Notes under the pieces: generated by a model
Told to the model about the DNA's origin: nothing
The model's input: only the letters and a program-made list of their open reading frames with translations
Databases searched by the model: none
Assembly: GCA_019058445.1 (NCBI GenBank)
Contig: JAHPZA010000010.1
Span: 1-64,000 of the forward strand
Origin: Promethearchaeota archaeon
Lineage (GTDB): Archaea > Asgardarchaeota > Lokiarchaeia > Sigyniarchaeales > SOKP01
DNA: 64,000 bases
Reading direction: 5' to 3'
Program-made: the position numbers and the translations under genes
Shown here: in pieces, positions 62,841 to 64,000 of the stretch
How the letters are laid out: every line of letters begins with the position of its first letter
Numbering within the stretch: position 1 is the stretch's first letter

Positions 62841-64000
62841 CTAATATTTTCCCAATAGATCATGTGGTCTTGCTTCTGTTTGTCCTATGGCAGAAATTAC
62901 TCCCATTTTCGCAGTTCTCATATTTAGAAGATTTTGAGCTCCTGCATATATCATCCCGTTAGCTAATCCTTCCTTTAAAGTTTCTAGCATGCTTTCTAAT
63001 GGTCCAGTAAAGGGTACATAGTCAGATACACCTTCAGGAAGCATTTTAGCTTCAACACTGTATCTATCCAATACATAATTCGTAGTCCGCGCTTCCTTTG
63101 AGCCCATCCCTCTATAAATCTTTACCTTTCTCCCTTGAATGGTATCTAAATATCCCGGGCTTTCGGTTGTACCAGCAAAAAAATGGCCAGACATAATCAT
63201 ATCAGCGCCGACTGCGAATGCTTTTGGTAGATCTCCTGGATTTTTAAATCCTCCATCAGCGATTAATCCCATTTTGGGATTATAGTCCGCTATAGCGTCT
63301 GCAACTTCAGCAGTGGCAAACAAAGTTGGAGCTCCAACTCCAGTTTGGATGGAGGTAGTACAAATTGAACCAGAACCCATCCCCACTTTCAATGCAATAA
63401 GTTTTTCAGGATAGTCGCATTTAGTCAAAATAAACTCAGCGGCTTCATAAGTCCCTATATTCCCAACGATAAAATCACCTTCCAGTAAATCCATTAATTT
63501 TCGCGTACCTTCAATATCATCTTTTTTATAAAAATCTGCTACATCTATGAAGAATATATCCGAATATTGGTCGATTTCTTTAAGTTTTGAAACTGCCTCA
63601 CTGGATGTCGGGTATTTTGGACTAATTGCTAGAGCACATAGTAAACGGCCTTCTTCATCTATTGTAGCTAAGGGGAACTCGGGTTTTAGATCCTTTTTAG
63701 TAATTAAGCCTCTTAAGTTTCCATTATCGATTATAGGTAATTTTTCGATTCTATGCTTGAATAACATTTCTAAAGCCTCTTTACGGGATGCATTTGGTTT
63801 AATAGAAATTACATCCCTTGTCATGAAATCTTTCACATGCCCCTTTTTGCATTCCTCTTCTGAATATGGAATGTCTCTTTTTGTAAATATTCCACAGACC
63901 TTATTATTTTCATCAACTACTACTAATCCGCTAATGCCATAGTTTTCCAAAAAGTCTTTTGCTTTATATAAGGGTTCATCTGGTGTGATTGTTGCTACAT
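62841..64000 (-). CDS. guaB: IMP dehydrogenase (5' end beyond the window)
   Basis: CBS pair, KVGMGSGSICTT, IADGG, YRGMGS, PEGV; frame open to the window edge. Confidence 0.92.
   Translation of the reverse strand, partial: VATITPDEPLYKAKDFLENYGISGLVVVDENNKVCGIFTKRDIPYSEEECKKGHVKDFMTRDVISIKPNASRKEALEMLFKHRIEKLPIIDNGNLRGLITKKDLKPEFPLATIDEEGRLLCALAISPKYPTSSEAVSKLKEIDQYSDIFFIDVADFYKKDDIEGTRKLMDLLEGDFIVGNIGTYEAAEFILTKCDYPEKLIALKVGMGSGSICTTSIQTGVGAPTLFATAEVADAIADYNPKMGLIADGGFKNPGDLPKAFAVGADMIMSGHFFAGTTESPGYLDTIQGRKVKIYRGMGSKEARTTNYVLDRYSVEAKMLPEGVSDYVPFTGPLESMLETLKEGLANGMIYAGAQNLLNMRTAKMGVISAIGQTEARPHDLLGKY

Noticed and set aside
754-63942. Short ORFs overlapping longer genes (e.g. 754-981, 10510-10722, 23150-23512, 25222-25647, 36987-37376, 63547-63942)
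   Set aside because: Antisense or alternate-frame shadows of well-supported genes, with no motifs
1-64000. CRISPR arrays, rRNA genes, intact tRNA genes
   Set aside because: No regularly spaced repeats or extended GC-rich structural RNA segments were seen by eye

Overview
Low-GC archaeal window, most consistent with an Asgard archaeon of the Lokiarchaeia type. Support: an actin-family protein, two longin-like proteins, a PCI/winged-helix repeat protein, archaeal aIF1 (SUI1) and an archaeal-type DEAD/DEAH helicase. Most genes are housekeeping or metabolic (pfkB-type kinase, ald, thrC-like, folD, purH, guaB, Fpg, paralogous GPH-type MFS and acyl-CoA synthetase pairs). They are interspersed with selfish or accessory elements: a solo TnpB with a rearranged RuvC site, free-standing endonuclease-like genes, and a decayed island at about 49.2-55.5 kb with a HEPN-motif protein and a tRNA-Ala 3' fragment. 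The standout is a flavin-reductase-family gene (5735-6244) interrupted by a 30-nt insertion carrying two UGA stops. The insertion folds into a canonical bulge-helix-bulge (BHB) motif, and cleavage at the standard bulge positions restores the reading frame exactly, making it a candidate tRNA-endonuclease-spliced mRNA intron. Also notable: an AUU-initiated aIF1 plus other apparent non-canonical starts, an actin with a double zinc-ribbon insertion, an SSUH2-like protein, and a surface beta-helix protein with a cytoplasmic RING-like finger. All family calls come from motif recognition by eye; no database search was run.
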